Of a stretch of 48,455 nucleotides of DNA, positions 8,630 through 17,963 are shown in pieces. Position numbers and translations under genes: made by a program. The stretch covers positions 1-48,455 of the forward strand of contig SKXH01000186.1 of NCBI GenBank assembly GCA_007128495.1, in the 5' to 3' direction. The DNA comes from Bacteroidota bacterium (GTDB lineage Bacteria > Bacteroidota > Ignavibacteria > T3Sed10-11). The notes beneath the pieces are model-generated. The model was not told the origin of the DNA. It saw nothing but the letters and a program-made list of their open reading frames with translations, and made no database searches. Each line of letters opens with the position of its first letter. Position 1 is the stretch's first letter.

Positions 8630-10056
8630 TGAAATTTCGAAATTTTTCATTTGCACGAACTAAAATCGTATGCACCATCGGACCTGCAACCGAATCGCCG
8701 CAGATGATTAAAAACATGATAAAAGAAGGGATGAGTGCGGCACGACTTAATTTTTCACATGGATCGCATGAAGAGCATATTCGAATGTTTAAAACCATCA
8801 GAAAAGTCACAAATAAACTTCATGCACATATCCCCGTAATTCAGGATTTACAGGGACCGAAAATTCGTGTCGGCAGTTTGTCTGAACCGGAAATTGAACT
8901 GAAAAAAGGAAACAAGGTCCGTATAACAACAAAAAATATAAAAGGAACAGCCGAAGTACTTCCGACTACATATAAAAACTTACCGAAGGACGTTAAGAAG
9001 AACAGTATCATTCTTCTCGATGACGGACTTATACGATTAACAGTCGAACGTGTAAAGGAAAAAGAAGTTATCTGTAAAATCACAAACGGTGGAATAATCA
9101 AACCGAACAAGGGAATTAATCTGCCGGGAATTAAGATCAGCTCTCCGTCATTGACCGGAAAAGACCGGGAAGATCTAAAATTAGGGCTTGCGCTCGGTGT
9201 CGATTATGTTGCACTCTCATTCGTCCGTTCACCCGATGACATACGATTACTCCGCCGCGCTATGTCGCAATACGGCAAAGTCGTTCCGATCATTGCAAAA
9301 ATTGAAAAAACCGAAGCCGTCGATGCAATCGAGGATATTATACGCGAGTCAGATGGGATAATGGTTGCGCGGGGAGACCTCGGAGTAGAAATGCCCAGCG
9401 AAGATGTACCGCTTATTCAAAAAATGATCATTAGTAAGTGTAACCGTATCGGGAAACCCGTAATTACTGCAACACAGATGCTGGAATCAATGATCAACAA
9501 TCCGACAGCAACCCGTGCCGAGACAAGCGATGTGGCAAATGCCGTCCTTGACGGTACCGACGCTGTTATGCTCAGCGGCGAAACATCCATCGGAAAATAT
9601 CCGTTGGCTGCGGTAAAAACAATGTCTAATGTTGTAAAAAAAGTAGAAGATGCGTTGAAATTCAGGTATAAACAAGACCGTGAATTACAAAGCGAGCTCG
9701 CAGCAGAAGCGATCGGCAGAGCGGCGTGCGTTCTGTCGGAACAGGTTGGTGCAGCAGCGATCGTACCGGTAACTCATGGTGGAACGACCGCACGAATACT
9801 CGCAAAGTACCGGCCACGTGCAATCATTATGGCGGTGACTGCAAATGAAGACACGGCCCGCCGATTAAATCTTATATGGGGAGTACGGGCAATTTTGATT
9901 TCACGTCTGGCTGATACCGATACTACACTCGACATAATCGAGCATGAAATATCGGAAACCAAATTGGTTAAAAAAGGGAATTACGTTGTATACACCGCCG
10001 GCATGCCGATGCGGATTATGGGAAAAACAAATATGCTCAAAGTGAGCAAGATTTAG
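8629..10056 (+). CDS. pyk: pyruvate kinase
   Basis: 'RTKIVCTIGPAT', 'ARLNFSHG', 'IAKIE', 'MVARGDLGVE', 'ATQMLESM', 'MLSGETS'. ATG 8629 overlaps the cobB stop (TGATG). The track start at 8626 is a TTG one codon upstream. Confidence 0.95.
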   Translation: MKFRNFSFARTKIVCTIGPATESPQMIKNMIKEGMSAARLNFSHGSHEEHIRMFKTIRKVTNKLHAHIPVIQDLQGPKIRVGSLSEPEIELKKGNKVRITTKNIKGTAEVLPTTYKNLPKDVKKNSIILLDDGLIRLTVERVKEKEVICKITNGGIIKPNKGINLPGIKISSPSLTGKDREDLKLGLALGVDYVALSFVRSPDDIRLLRRAMSQYGKVVPIIAKIEKTEAVDAIEDIIRESDGIMVARGDLGVEMPSEDVPLIQKMIISKCNRIGKPVITATQMLESMINNPTATRAETSDVANAVLDGTDAVMLSGETSIGKYPLAAVKTMSNVVKKVEDALKFRYKQDRELQSELAAEAIGRAACVLSEQVGAAAIVPVTHGGTTARILAKYRPRAIIMAVTANEDTARRLNLIWGVRAILISRLADTDTTLDIIEHEISETKLVKKGNYVVYTAGMPMRIMGKTNMLKVSKI

Positions 10057-10081
10057 CGGCATAGTAATTCTTTTAATAAAA

Positions 10082-10220
10082 CCCCGGACGGCTTGAGGTT
10101 GTGTTAAAAAATAAATCAATGTAAAGGCCAATCCCGATATCTTTTGAAATCATACGGCGAAAATAATTTCGCCTCTACATTGTAGCTATTCATTTTCACA
10201 CAACCTCGGTTCATCCGGGG
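10082..10220. terminator. long bidirectional terminator hairpin between convergent pyk and S8 protease gene (copy A)
   Basis: Left arm ccccgga..gaggttgtgt (10082-10104) pairs with the right arm acacaacctc..tccgggg (10198-10220). An A-run lies on the left and TTTGTGTT on the right. The loop holds nested stems caatgta/tacattg and ggcgaaa/tttcgcc. Confidence 0.6.
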
Positions 10221-10234
10221 TTTGTGTTCGGAGA

Positions 10235-10495
10235 TTACTTCAGAAACATGAGCTTCTTCGTTTCAACATAATCGCCCGCCTGCAAACGGTACAGGTATAC
10301 ACCGCTTGACAGGTGTTGCGCATCGAAGGTAACCTCGTAGTATCCAGCACTCTGTACTTCATCGACCAGATTGACAACCTGTTGACCGAGAAGGTTATAC
10401 ACCGTTAGTGTAACGGGACTTTGCTGAGCTATTCCATACCGTATGACCGTAGATGGATTGAACGGATTCGGATAATTTTGCATCAGGGTGAATTC
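10235..10495 (-). other. T9SS type-A C-terminal sorting domain of paralog A (last 86 aa)
   Basis: 'EFTLMQNYPNPFNPSTVIRY...GVYLYRLQAGDYVETKKLMFLK'. It differs from paralog B at only 5 of 86 residues (hand count). Confidence 0.85.
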
Positions 10496-13400
10496 CATCG
10501 GCACCTCCCTGTTATCGGCTACGCTAACCGCAGTTTTTGTTCGCACCGTAACGTGATCAATTACCCATATATGTCCGTCAATTCCCTGATACACAAATGC
10601 AATGTAAATATTCTCATTATTGTATGCACTCAAATCAACAAATCTTTCGGTCCATGAATCAGTGCCGTCATCAAACTCGGCAACTTCGACAAACTCACCA
10701 TCCTGCGGATCGCCGCTGCCGGTTGATACTAATACACCGCTGTAAGTATAATCAAAGTCAAATAATACATAATCATAAAAACGCAGGCTGCTGCTATCGT
10801 TTAATTCGATCTGGGGTGTAACAAGCCAGCCGTCCTGTTCAACCTCATCATCCCATTCATGATATGCAGCACCGTTGCCGGAATAAACAAAATCCTGATC
10901 GGTGGTTCGTGCCCACTGCAGTGTACCGCCGTCAAAGTTATAGACATTCCATCCAGCCGGCGGAAAGGCAGGCAGGTTAAAGTTTTCAAACAGTACGACA
11001 TCTTCATCTGTTAGTTCATCAAATTCAACTGTAATATCTGCAAGCGACCAGGCATTTCCACCGTTATTCCCGGCATTTGAAAATATCAAAGTATACAGCT
11101 CATGATTACCTGAGCCGAGAATATCGGGATTATAAAACATTGAAAATTCGACGGCGTCGCCGGGCATCACAATCCCGGAATATTGAGTCAGATGAAACGG
11201 AGCAGGTCCTGTCCATATCGCCACATCGGTAAACATGCTGCCGAATAAATCTTCCTGAGTAGATGAGTATTCGGCTACAAAATAGAACTCCACTCCGGAT
11301 AGTTCATGTAGAAAGGAAATATCCAACAATGCCGTATGGACATCGCCATCGACGATCAGTTGGTCACCGGAGAATGCGACAAATGCCCACGGCACATCAT
11401 TCACAAACACAGCAATGAAGAAAAAATCTGCAAACGCCAATTCGGCGGCATAATCGAACTGTAAATAATATGGAGCGTTTGCGTCAAGTGCCAATTCCTC
11501 AAAATCGAACACAGGCGAAACGGCGCCGGTTCGAGTACCCTCTTGATACCCGTCGGTAAAGTCCCCGGCGAGCAATACATTGTTCACCGGTTCATCCTCG
11601 CCGCTGATATCTACCAGTTTCCATACGTCTCCATCACCTTCATCCAGAACTACCCAATCGATTTCCTCGGGATCGTTGAAATCCTGAAAATAGAGCAATT
11701 CAAAATCATCAAAATCCTGTACTCCCATCACACCCCTGAACTGAGGCCAGGTACGGTCGTGCTGAAAACTGAAACTATATGTCTCGCGGGAATTTCTTAA
11801 CATTCGGATTTGGTCGATACTCTTCCGCATGGTCAAACCGAAATTTCGTTCTTCATTGAGCATGGAACTCTTACCCGATGTTTGTTTTACCGCTGCAAGC
11901 TGTTCGGTAAAGTTTTGATTAGGAACCTCCAGATAACTTGTAGCGGTGAACTCAAGATCAATCGCTCCCGGGTTGGCTAACGACAGCGGATGCTCGAAAT
12001 ATTCATCAACCCGCTCATGTTCGTACTGGACAAATGTCGGAGTCAGCTCCGCGAATGGATAGAGCTGAATTCTTCCTTCCAGATCAATGACGACCGTACC
12101 AATACTTGTTTGGATGGAAAGCTCTGCAGAATAGAACTCTTTGGAACGATCTCCCTCCGAAAACGTAACCACCACGGCGAACGCCTCTCCTGCACCGATG
12201 TTTGATTTGAATTCACCAGTTTCGAAATGATCGGCATCATCACCGGTAATATCAACGCTCTGGACCGTTATGTCCTGTTCCGTATTATTAACAAATCCTG
12301 CTATTTCATTCCGGTGCTCATCGACAAGCAGGAGGTGAAAATAGACTGTATTGTTGCTGGGGATAAGATCGTCGGTACTTAGTGCAGAGGGCATGAGCGC
12401 ATTATGCAGATTGATCCGCCCGCCTGTCTGCCACAATCCTTCGAATTGCGGTTTTCGATCTGCCGTTGCGAACAAACGGCTCACAAGCTGCTTGTATGAT
12501 TCATTCGGGAATTTCGCTGCCAGTAGTGCCAGTACACCGGTAACATGCGGAGATGCCATCGACGTACCACTTAAATATTGATAATTATTGCCGGGAAATG
12601 TAGAAAGAATTGAAGAACCCGGTGCACCAATGTGAGACATTCGTAATCCGTAATTTGAAAATCCGGATCGCTCATCCTGCCAGTCTGTCGAAGTTACGTT
12701 AATAATATTTGATGGACGCAGCGTCGCCGGATAGTTATACCAATTTTCATTATCCTTATCAAGATTCAAATTCCCCGCGGAAACCACCCATATCGTACCA
12801 CCATTTCTATGAAGTTCAGCTTGATGTTCAAATAAATTGATCATATCAACTTCCTCATATACTGCCCACCCCCCCCACGATTGATTGACCGCGGTTATGC
12901 GTAATCCATGATCCTGTATAAGTTCGCTGATATAGTCATATCCCCGGAAAATAGCCGCGGTCGTAGTACTTCCATTCTCATTGAAAATGCGCACATCGAT
13001 AATCTTTACCGTATGCGCTACACCAGCTATACCGATTTCGTTATTCGTCATCGCTCCTATCGTACCGGCAACATGCGTACCATGACCGTCGCCGTCATCC
13101 GGCATGAAGTTGTCATAAAAAGCATCGTAATGATATCCGTCATAAAGATTTTCATGTAAGTCTTCATGTTCTTTATCGATGCCGGTATCAAATACAACAA
13201 CGATCACTGTATCGCCATCTGTTGTTACAGCATCGCTTTGAATTTCCCATGCGTCAAATGCATCTATATCGGCGCCGGCTACTGCATCATTTCGAAAGGT
13301 TCCGTCATTGAATAAGCTCCATTGTTCATTAAGACGGGGATCATTAACCGGCGGTTCTTCATCGTGCTCGCTAAACGCTTCAAACGGTCGCATCTCTACC

Positions 13401-13756
13401 GGTCTTTCAAGTTCGATGACATAGTTCGGTACAACAATCGCCCCGGGGATGGACCTCGCTATTCTCAATGCCCGGTCAAGATCGCCATCGAATTGCCAGA
13501 CTTCTATACCTGATCGATTAAATCGCTCGGTGACTGTTGCATTAAACCTGGTTTTGGCTTCAAGTGCAAGCTGTTGTACTTGCATCTGCTCTCCTTCAAC
13601 GAGCACCGTAACCTCCGGGTCGTATTTTATCAGGATTGTATTGGATACGACCTGCCGGTCGTTATATACCTCATAGTCCTGTCCCCACGCCACCCCACCC
13701 AAGAAATATATAAACAGACCAGCAAAAGCGGTTGTGAGTTGTAAATACTTTTTCAT
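10235..13756 (-). CDS. S8 (subtilisin-family) serine peptidase with T9SS C-terminal sorting domain, paralog A
   Basis: Signal peptide. Catalytic triad motifs 'VVVFDTGID' (Asp), 'HGTHVAGTIG' (His) and 'SGTSMASPHVTG' (Ser). A choice-of-anchor-J/MAM-like segment 'FENFNLPAFPPAGWN...GWLVTP'. C-terminal 'QNYPNPFNPSTVIRY...YLYRLQAG...KKLMFLK'. Confidence 0.92.
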   Translation of the reverse strand: MKKYLQLTTAFAGLFIYFLGGVAWGQDYEVYNDRQVVSNTILIKYDPEVTVLVEGEQMQVQQLALEAKTRFNATVTERFNRSGIEVWQFDGDLDRALRIARSIPGAIVVPNYVIELERPVEMRPFEAFSEHDEEPPVNDPRLNEQWSLFNDGTFRNDAVAGADIDAFDAWEIQSDAVTTDGDTVIVVVFDTGIDKEHEDLHENLYDGYHYDAFYDNFMPDDGDGHGTHVAGTIGAMTNNEIGIAGVAHTVKIIDVRIFNENGSTTTAAIFRGYDYISELIQDHGLRITAVNQSWGGWAVYEEVDMINLFEHQAELHRNGGTIWVVSAGNLNLDKDNENWYNYPATLRPSNIINVTSTDWQDERSGFSNYGLRMSHIGAPGSSILSTFPGNNYQYLSGTSMASPHVTGVLALLAAKFPNESYKQLVSRLFATADRKPQFEGLWQTGGRINLHNALMPSALSTDDLIPSNNTVYFHLLLVDEHRNEIAGFVNNTEQDITVQSVDITGDDADHFETGEFKSNIGAGEAFAVVVTFSEGDRSKEFYSAELSIQTSIGTVVIDLEGRIQLYPFAELTPTFVQYEHERVDEYFEHPLSLANPGAIDLEFTATSYLEVPNQNFTEQLAAVKQTSGKSSMLNEERNFGLTMRKSIDQIRMLRNSRETYSFSFQHDRTWPQFRGVMGVQDFDDFELLYFQDFNDPEEIDWVVLDEGDGDVWKLVDISGEDEPVNNVLLAGDFTDGYQEGTRTGAVSPVFDFEELALDANAPYYLQFDYAAELAFADFFFIAVFVNDVPWAFVAFSGDQLIVDGDVHTALLDISFLHELSGVEFYFVAEYSSTQEDLFGSMFTDVAIWTGPAPFHLTQYSGIVMPGDAVEFSMFYNPDILGSGNHELYTLIFSNAGNNGGNAWSLADITVEFDELTDEDVVLFENFNLPAFPPAGWNVYNFDGGTLQWARTTDQDFVYSGNGAAYHEWDDEVEQDGWLVTPQIELNDSSSLRFYDYVLFDFDYTYSGVLVSTGSGDPQDGEFVEVAEFDDGTDSWTERFVDLSAYNNENIYIAFVYQGIDGHIWVIDHVTVRTKTAVSVADNREVPMEFTLMQNYPNPFNPSTVIRYGIAQQSPVTLTVYNLLGQQVVNLVDEVQSAGYYEVTFDAQHLSSGVYLYRLQAGDYVETKKLMFLK

Positions 13757-14240
13757 AAATCCCTCCTTATATTTATGTGTAAAGTAATATATTGGTTACA
13801 TCGACAGTACTGAGAAGATTTTTTCGACATCACATTCTCCACCTAAGGAAGACTTCAATATAAAAGTCCTCATCAATAGACTCATCCGATATTTCCTCTA
13901 TAGTTGGTGGATCACCATTTGTTATTAAATTTCCTGAGAATTAGCAGATCGGAATTATAGAGAACAATGCAAACGAGAAATACCTTGAAGCAATTATAAT
14001 AGAAAATGAACGCGCTGGTTTTTTCTGTATATGAAATAGAGTAGTAGGTGTAGATTTCCTTTACCTTCGTTGGATAGGTTTTCTTGGTACGCAACCACTT
14101 TGCCGAATTGCTCTGGTCAGCAATCCCAACTTCCATAGCTATACCTTGTTAGGTGGAGAAATTGTTGAAGGAACTCCAATAAAAATATTTAAGTATATGA
14201 AATATTTTATTTATTGTCAATATATTCCGACAATTGAATA

Positions 14241-14279
14241 AACAAATATGCTCAAGGTGAGCAAGATATAGCGGCATAG
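14241..14279 (+). pseudogene. pyk 3'-terminal fragment (duplication scar)
   Basis: aacaaatatgctcaaGgtgagcaagatAtagcggcatag matches pyk 10027-10064 (last 9 codons TNMLKVSKI*, plus 9 nt). The only two differences are both synonymous in the pyk frame. Confidence 0.8.
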
Positions 14280-14350
14280 ACCATGCCGCATCTACTTGTT
14301 CATAAAGCAAAACAAACCTGCCAATTCTCAGCATCGCCAAAATAGTAAAA

Positions 14351-14427
14351 TCCCGGACGAACTGAGGTTGTGTTAAAAAACAAGTTCAATATTTTTTCAG
14401 TTTCACACAACCTCGTTTCGTCCGGGA
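14351..14427. terminator. bidirectional terminator hairpin downstream of protease paralog B (copy B of the 10082-10220 element)
   Basis: tcccggacgaactgaggttgtgt (14351-14373) pairs with acacaacctcgtttcgtccggga (14405-14427): 23 positions with 2 mismatches and a 31-nt loop. AAAA lies upstream and TTTGTGTT downstream. Confidence 0.7.
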
Positions 14428-14441
14428 TTTGTGTTCGTAGA

Positions 14442-14702
14442 TCACTTCAGAAACATGAGCTTCTTCGTCTCGACATAGTCGCCCGCCTGCAAACGGTACA
14501 GATATACACCGCTTGCCAGACGCCCTGCATCAAAGGTAACCTCGTAGTATCCCGCACTCTGTACTTCATCGACCAGATTGACAACCTGTTGACCGAGAAG
14601 GTTGTACACCGTTAGTGACACGGGACTTTGCTGAGCTATTCCATACCGTATTACCGTCGAAGGATTGAACGGATTAGGATAGTTCTGCATGAGGGTAAAG
14701 TC
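14442..14702 (-). other. T9SS type-A C-terminal sorting domain of paralog B
   Basis: 'DFTLMQNYPNPFNPSTVIRY...KKLMFLK'. Confidence 0.85.
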
Positions 14703-17700
14703 CCGGGGCAATTCACTATCACGGCTTACGCTGACGACCGGTGATGTCTTGACTGTAATGTTATCAATTATCCAACCATGTCCGTCAAGCCCCCGGTAAA
14801 CGAAAGCAATATAAATGTTCTCATTATCGTAATCACTCAGGTCGACAACCCTTTCGGTCCATTGATCGGTACCTTCATCAAATTCCGCGACTTCGACAAA
14901 ATCTTCATCCTGTGGATCGCCGCTGCCGGTTGATACAAAAACGCCGCTATATCGATAATCAAAGTCCCAAAATACATAGTCGTAAAAGCTCAAACTACTG
15001 TTTTGATCCAATTCGATATGAGGAGTGACAAGCCATCCATCCTGATCCAGCTCATCGTCAAAGTCGTGAAATGCAGCGCCGTTGCCGGAATAAACAAAAT
15101 CCGAATCGGTCATTCGATCCCATTGCCAGGCGCCGCCGTCAACGTTATAACGATTCCATCCATCCGGTGGAAATGCCGGAAGATTAAAGTTTTCAAAGAG
15201 TACCACATCATCGTCGATCAGCTCATCGGACTCTATGCTAATCTCGGCAAGAGACCAGAGAAAACCGCCATTATTACCTGCATTTGAAAAATACAAAGTA
15301 TAAAGTTCATGAACTCCGATTCCGAGCACCCGGGGATTATAGAACATCGATATATTAAGAGCATCGTCTGGTTCCACACTTCCGGAATACTGTGTTAGAT
15401 AAAATGGTGCCGGCCCTATCCATATCCCCACATCGGTAAACATGCTGCCGAACATCTCTTCCTGTTCATTATTATAATCGGCAATAAACCAGAACGACAC
15501 GTCGTTTTCGGCATGCAGAAAGGAAATGTCCAGCAGTGCGGTATGCACATTCCCATCGGTGTTTAAATTGTCACCGGACAATGCGATCAATGCGATAAAT
15601 TGGTTTTCCTGGGCCACCATGATGTAGAAGAAATCAGAGGGCGCCAGTTCTGCCGCATAGTCGAATTGCAGGTAGTATGGAGTACTTGCATCAACCGCCA
15701 GTTCCTGAAAATCAAAAACAGGCGATACTGCAGCAGTTACGGTCTCATCACTATAGCCCTCTTCAAAATCACCTGCCAGCACTACATTGTTGACCGGTTC
15801 TTCTTCGCCGCTGATATCAAACAATCTCCATACATCGCCTTCACCTGCATCCACCACACCCCAATCGACATCGTCGGGATCATTAAAATCCTGGAAATAC
15901 AACAGTTCGAGATCATCATCAAACTCTTCCGATAGTATGCTTTGAAATTGCGGCCATGTACGGTCATGATCAAAACTAAAATGTTGTAGATCGAGCCCCA
16001 ACATATTATGACGTATCTTTTCAAAATTGCGCCGCGCCGTCTGCCTGAGATCTCTTTCCTGCCATACGGACGAAACCTTACCCGTAGTTTTCTTTACCCT
16101 CGTCAACTGTTCACTGGACGGTTCGTTAAAGCCCTCCAGAAAATTAAAGGCGCTGAACTCAAGATCGATCGCTCCCTGGTTGGCTAACGTCTGCTGATGT
16201 TCGAAGTATTCATCGACCAGTTCGTGTTCGTATTCTGCATATAACGGAGTAAGCTCCGCGAACGGATATTGCTGAATGCGGCCATCCAGATCAATGGCAA
16301 CTGTACCTATATTTGTTTGGATGGTAAGTTCCGCTGAGTAGAATTCTTTCGAACGATCTCCCTCCGAAAATGTAATCACCACACCAAACGCTTCTCCCCC
16401 GTCGATGTTCGATTTATACTCACCGGATTCGAAAAGATCGGCGTCCTCACCGGTAATCTCAACACTCTGTACGGTAATTTCCTGATCCGTATTGTTGATA
16501 AAGCCCGCAATTTCATTGCGGCTTTCATTGCTTAGGGTAAGATGAAAATGAACTTTATTGTTGCTCGCTATCAAGTCGTCGGTAGTTAATTCAGACGGCA
16601 TAAGCGCGTTCTTCAGATTGATCCGGGCACCGGTCTGCCACAATCCCTCATATTGCAGCTTTCGGTCTCCGGTCGCGAACAAACGACTCACAAGCTGCTG
16701 ATACGTTTCATCGGGAAATTTTGCCGCAATGAGAGCCAGGACGCCGGTAACGTGGGGAGAAGCCATGGAAGTACCGCTCATAGATGCATACCGGTCGTCG
16801 GGAATTGTAGAAAGAATATCAGTCCCCGGTGCTCCAATATGCGCAAGACCCTGTCCATAGTTGGAAAAACCCGATCTTTCTTCACTCCAGTCTGTCGACG
16901 TTACATTAATGACATTTGAAGTCCGCAGCGTTGCGGGATAGTTGTACCTATTAATATTATCCATATCGATATTGGCGTTACCTGCCGAAACCACCCAAAT
17001 CGTACCTCCGTCACCATGGATTTGCGCATTGAGATCGTATAAATCGATCAAGTCTTGATTCTCATATATTACCCAACCTCCCCACGATTGATTAACTGCC
17101 ACTATACGTAATCCCTGTTCGTGAGTGAGCTCACTGATATATTCATATCCCCGGAAAATTGCATTAGTCGTTGTACTTCCTTCATCATTAAAGATACGCA
17201 CGTCGATAATCTTAACCGTATGCGCCACACCGGCAATACCCGTTTCATTGTTGGTCATCGCCCCGATGGTACCGGCAACGTGAGTGCCGTGACCGTTACC
17301 GTCTTCCGGCATAAAGTTGTCATTGTAGGCATCGTAATGATACCCATTAAGCAGATTTTCGTGCAGGTCTTCATGCTCTTTATCAATACCGGTATCAAAT
17401 ACAACCACAATGATGGTATCGTTATCTGCCGTTATTGCTTCATTTTGAATTTGCCATGCCTCAACCGCATCTATGTCGGCGCCGGTAACCGCCCCCACCT
17501 CAAATGTACCGTCATTGTACAAACTCCATTGATGTTCAAAAAAAGTATCATTTACCGGAGGTTCTTCATCGTTCCCGTTGTTTACACCAAAGGGTCGAAT
17601 CTCTACCGGTCTTTCGAGTTCAACGACATAATTTGGAACGGCAATGGCACCGGGAATCGATCGTGCTAACCTCAACGCCCTGTCAAGATCGCCGTCAATT

Positions 17701-17963
17701 TGCCAGACTTCTATGCCTGAACGTTTGAAACGTTCTGTAACTCGTGCATTCAACCTGCTCTTTACCTGACCGGCAAGCTGCCCGGCTTGTACCTGTTCTC
17801 CATCAACTAATACAGTAATTTCCGGTTCATATTTTATCAGAATGGTATTGGATTCAACCTCCTGCCCGTTATACAATTCATAGTTCTGCCCCCAGACTGT
17901 TACATTAAAAAAGCAGAGATACAGAGCAAACATCATGGTGATGGTTTGTAGAAATATTCTCAT
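14442..17963 (-). CDS. S8 (subtilisin-family) serine peptidase with T9SS C-terminal sorting domain, paralog B
   Basis: Same length (1173 aa) and same motifs as paralog A ('VVVFDTGID', 'HGTHVAGTIG', 'SGTSMASPHVTG', 'QNYPNPFNPST'). It aligns to A without gaps. Confidence 0.92.
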   Translation of the reverse strand: MRIFLQTITMMFALYLCFFNVTVWGQNYELYNGQEVESNTILIKYEPEITVLVDGEQVQAGQLAGQVKSRLNARVTERFKRSGIEVWQIDGDLDRALRLARSIPGAIAVPNYVVELERPVEIRPFGVNNGNDEEPPVNDTFFEHQWSLYNDGTFEVGAVTGADIDAVEAWQIQNEAITADNDTIIVVVFDTGIDKEHEDLHENLLNGYHYDAYNDNFMPEDGNGHGTHVAGTIGAMTNNETGIAGVAHTVKIIDVRIFNDEGSTTTNAIFRGYEYISELTHEQGLRIVAVNQSWGGWVIYENQDLIDLYDLNAQIHGDGGTIWVVSAGNANIDMDNINRYNYPATLRTSNVINVTSTDWSEERSGFSNYGQGLAHIGAPGTDILSTIPDDRYASMSGTSMASPHVTGVLALIAAKFPDETYQQLVSRLFATGDRKLQYEGLWQTGARINLKNALMPSELTTDDLIASNNKVHFHLTLSNESRNEIAGFINNTDQEITVQSVEITGEDADLFESGEYKSNIDGGEAFGVVITFSEGDRSKEFYSAELTIQTNIGTVAIDLDGRIQQYPFAELTPLYAEYEHELVDEYFEHQQTLANQGAIDLEFSAFNFLEGFNEPSSEQLTRVKKTTGKVSSVWQERDLRQTARRNFEKIRHNMLGLDLQHFSFDHDRTWPQFQSILSEEFDDDLELLYFQDFNDPDDVDWGVVDAGEGDVWRLFDISGEEEPVNNVVLAGDFEEGYSDETVTAAVSPVFDFQELAVDASTPYYLQFDYAAELAPSDFFYIMVAQENQFIALIALSGDNLNTDGNVHTALLDISFLHAENDVSFWFIADYNNEQEEMFGSMFTDVGIWIGPAPFYLTQYSGSVEPDDALNISMFYNPRVLGIGVHELYTLYFSNAGNNGGFLWSLAEISIESDELIDDDVVLFENFNLPAFPPDGWNRYNVDGGAWQWDRMTDSDFVYSGNGAAFHDFDDELDQDGWLVTPHIELDQNSSLSFYDYVFWDFDYRYSGVFVSTGSGDPQDEDFVEVAEFDEGTDQWTERVVDLSDYDNENIYIAFVYRGLDGHGWIIDNITVKTSPVVSVSRDSELPRDFTLMQNYPNPFNPSTVIRYGIAQQSPVSLTVYNLLGQQVVNLVDEVQSAGYYEVTFDAGRLASGVYLYRLQAGDYVETKKLMFLK

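Larger units (their letters stand above)
10027..14240. repeat. tandem duplication unit A (pyk tail + hairpin + protease gene + its upstream region)
   Basis: Start codons (13756 / 17963) and stop codons (10235 / 14442) of the two protease genes are both offset by exactly 4207 nt. The flanking non-coding blocks are also alignable. Confidence 0.85.

Noticed and set aside
13912-14340. Small ORFs (74 aa and 63 aa, minus strand) in the spacer between the protease copies
   Set aside because: They are AT-rich and low-complexity, lack an RBS or known motif, and fall in copy-specific insert DNA. They are most likely non-coding promoter-region sequence.
10421-17728. Antisense ORFs inside the two protease genes (e.g. 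15600-15935, 17121-17669, 12908-13159)
   Set aside because: They have no motifs, lie opposite well-supported 1173-aa genes, and differ between the two paralogous copies.
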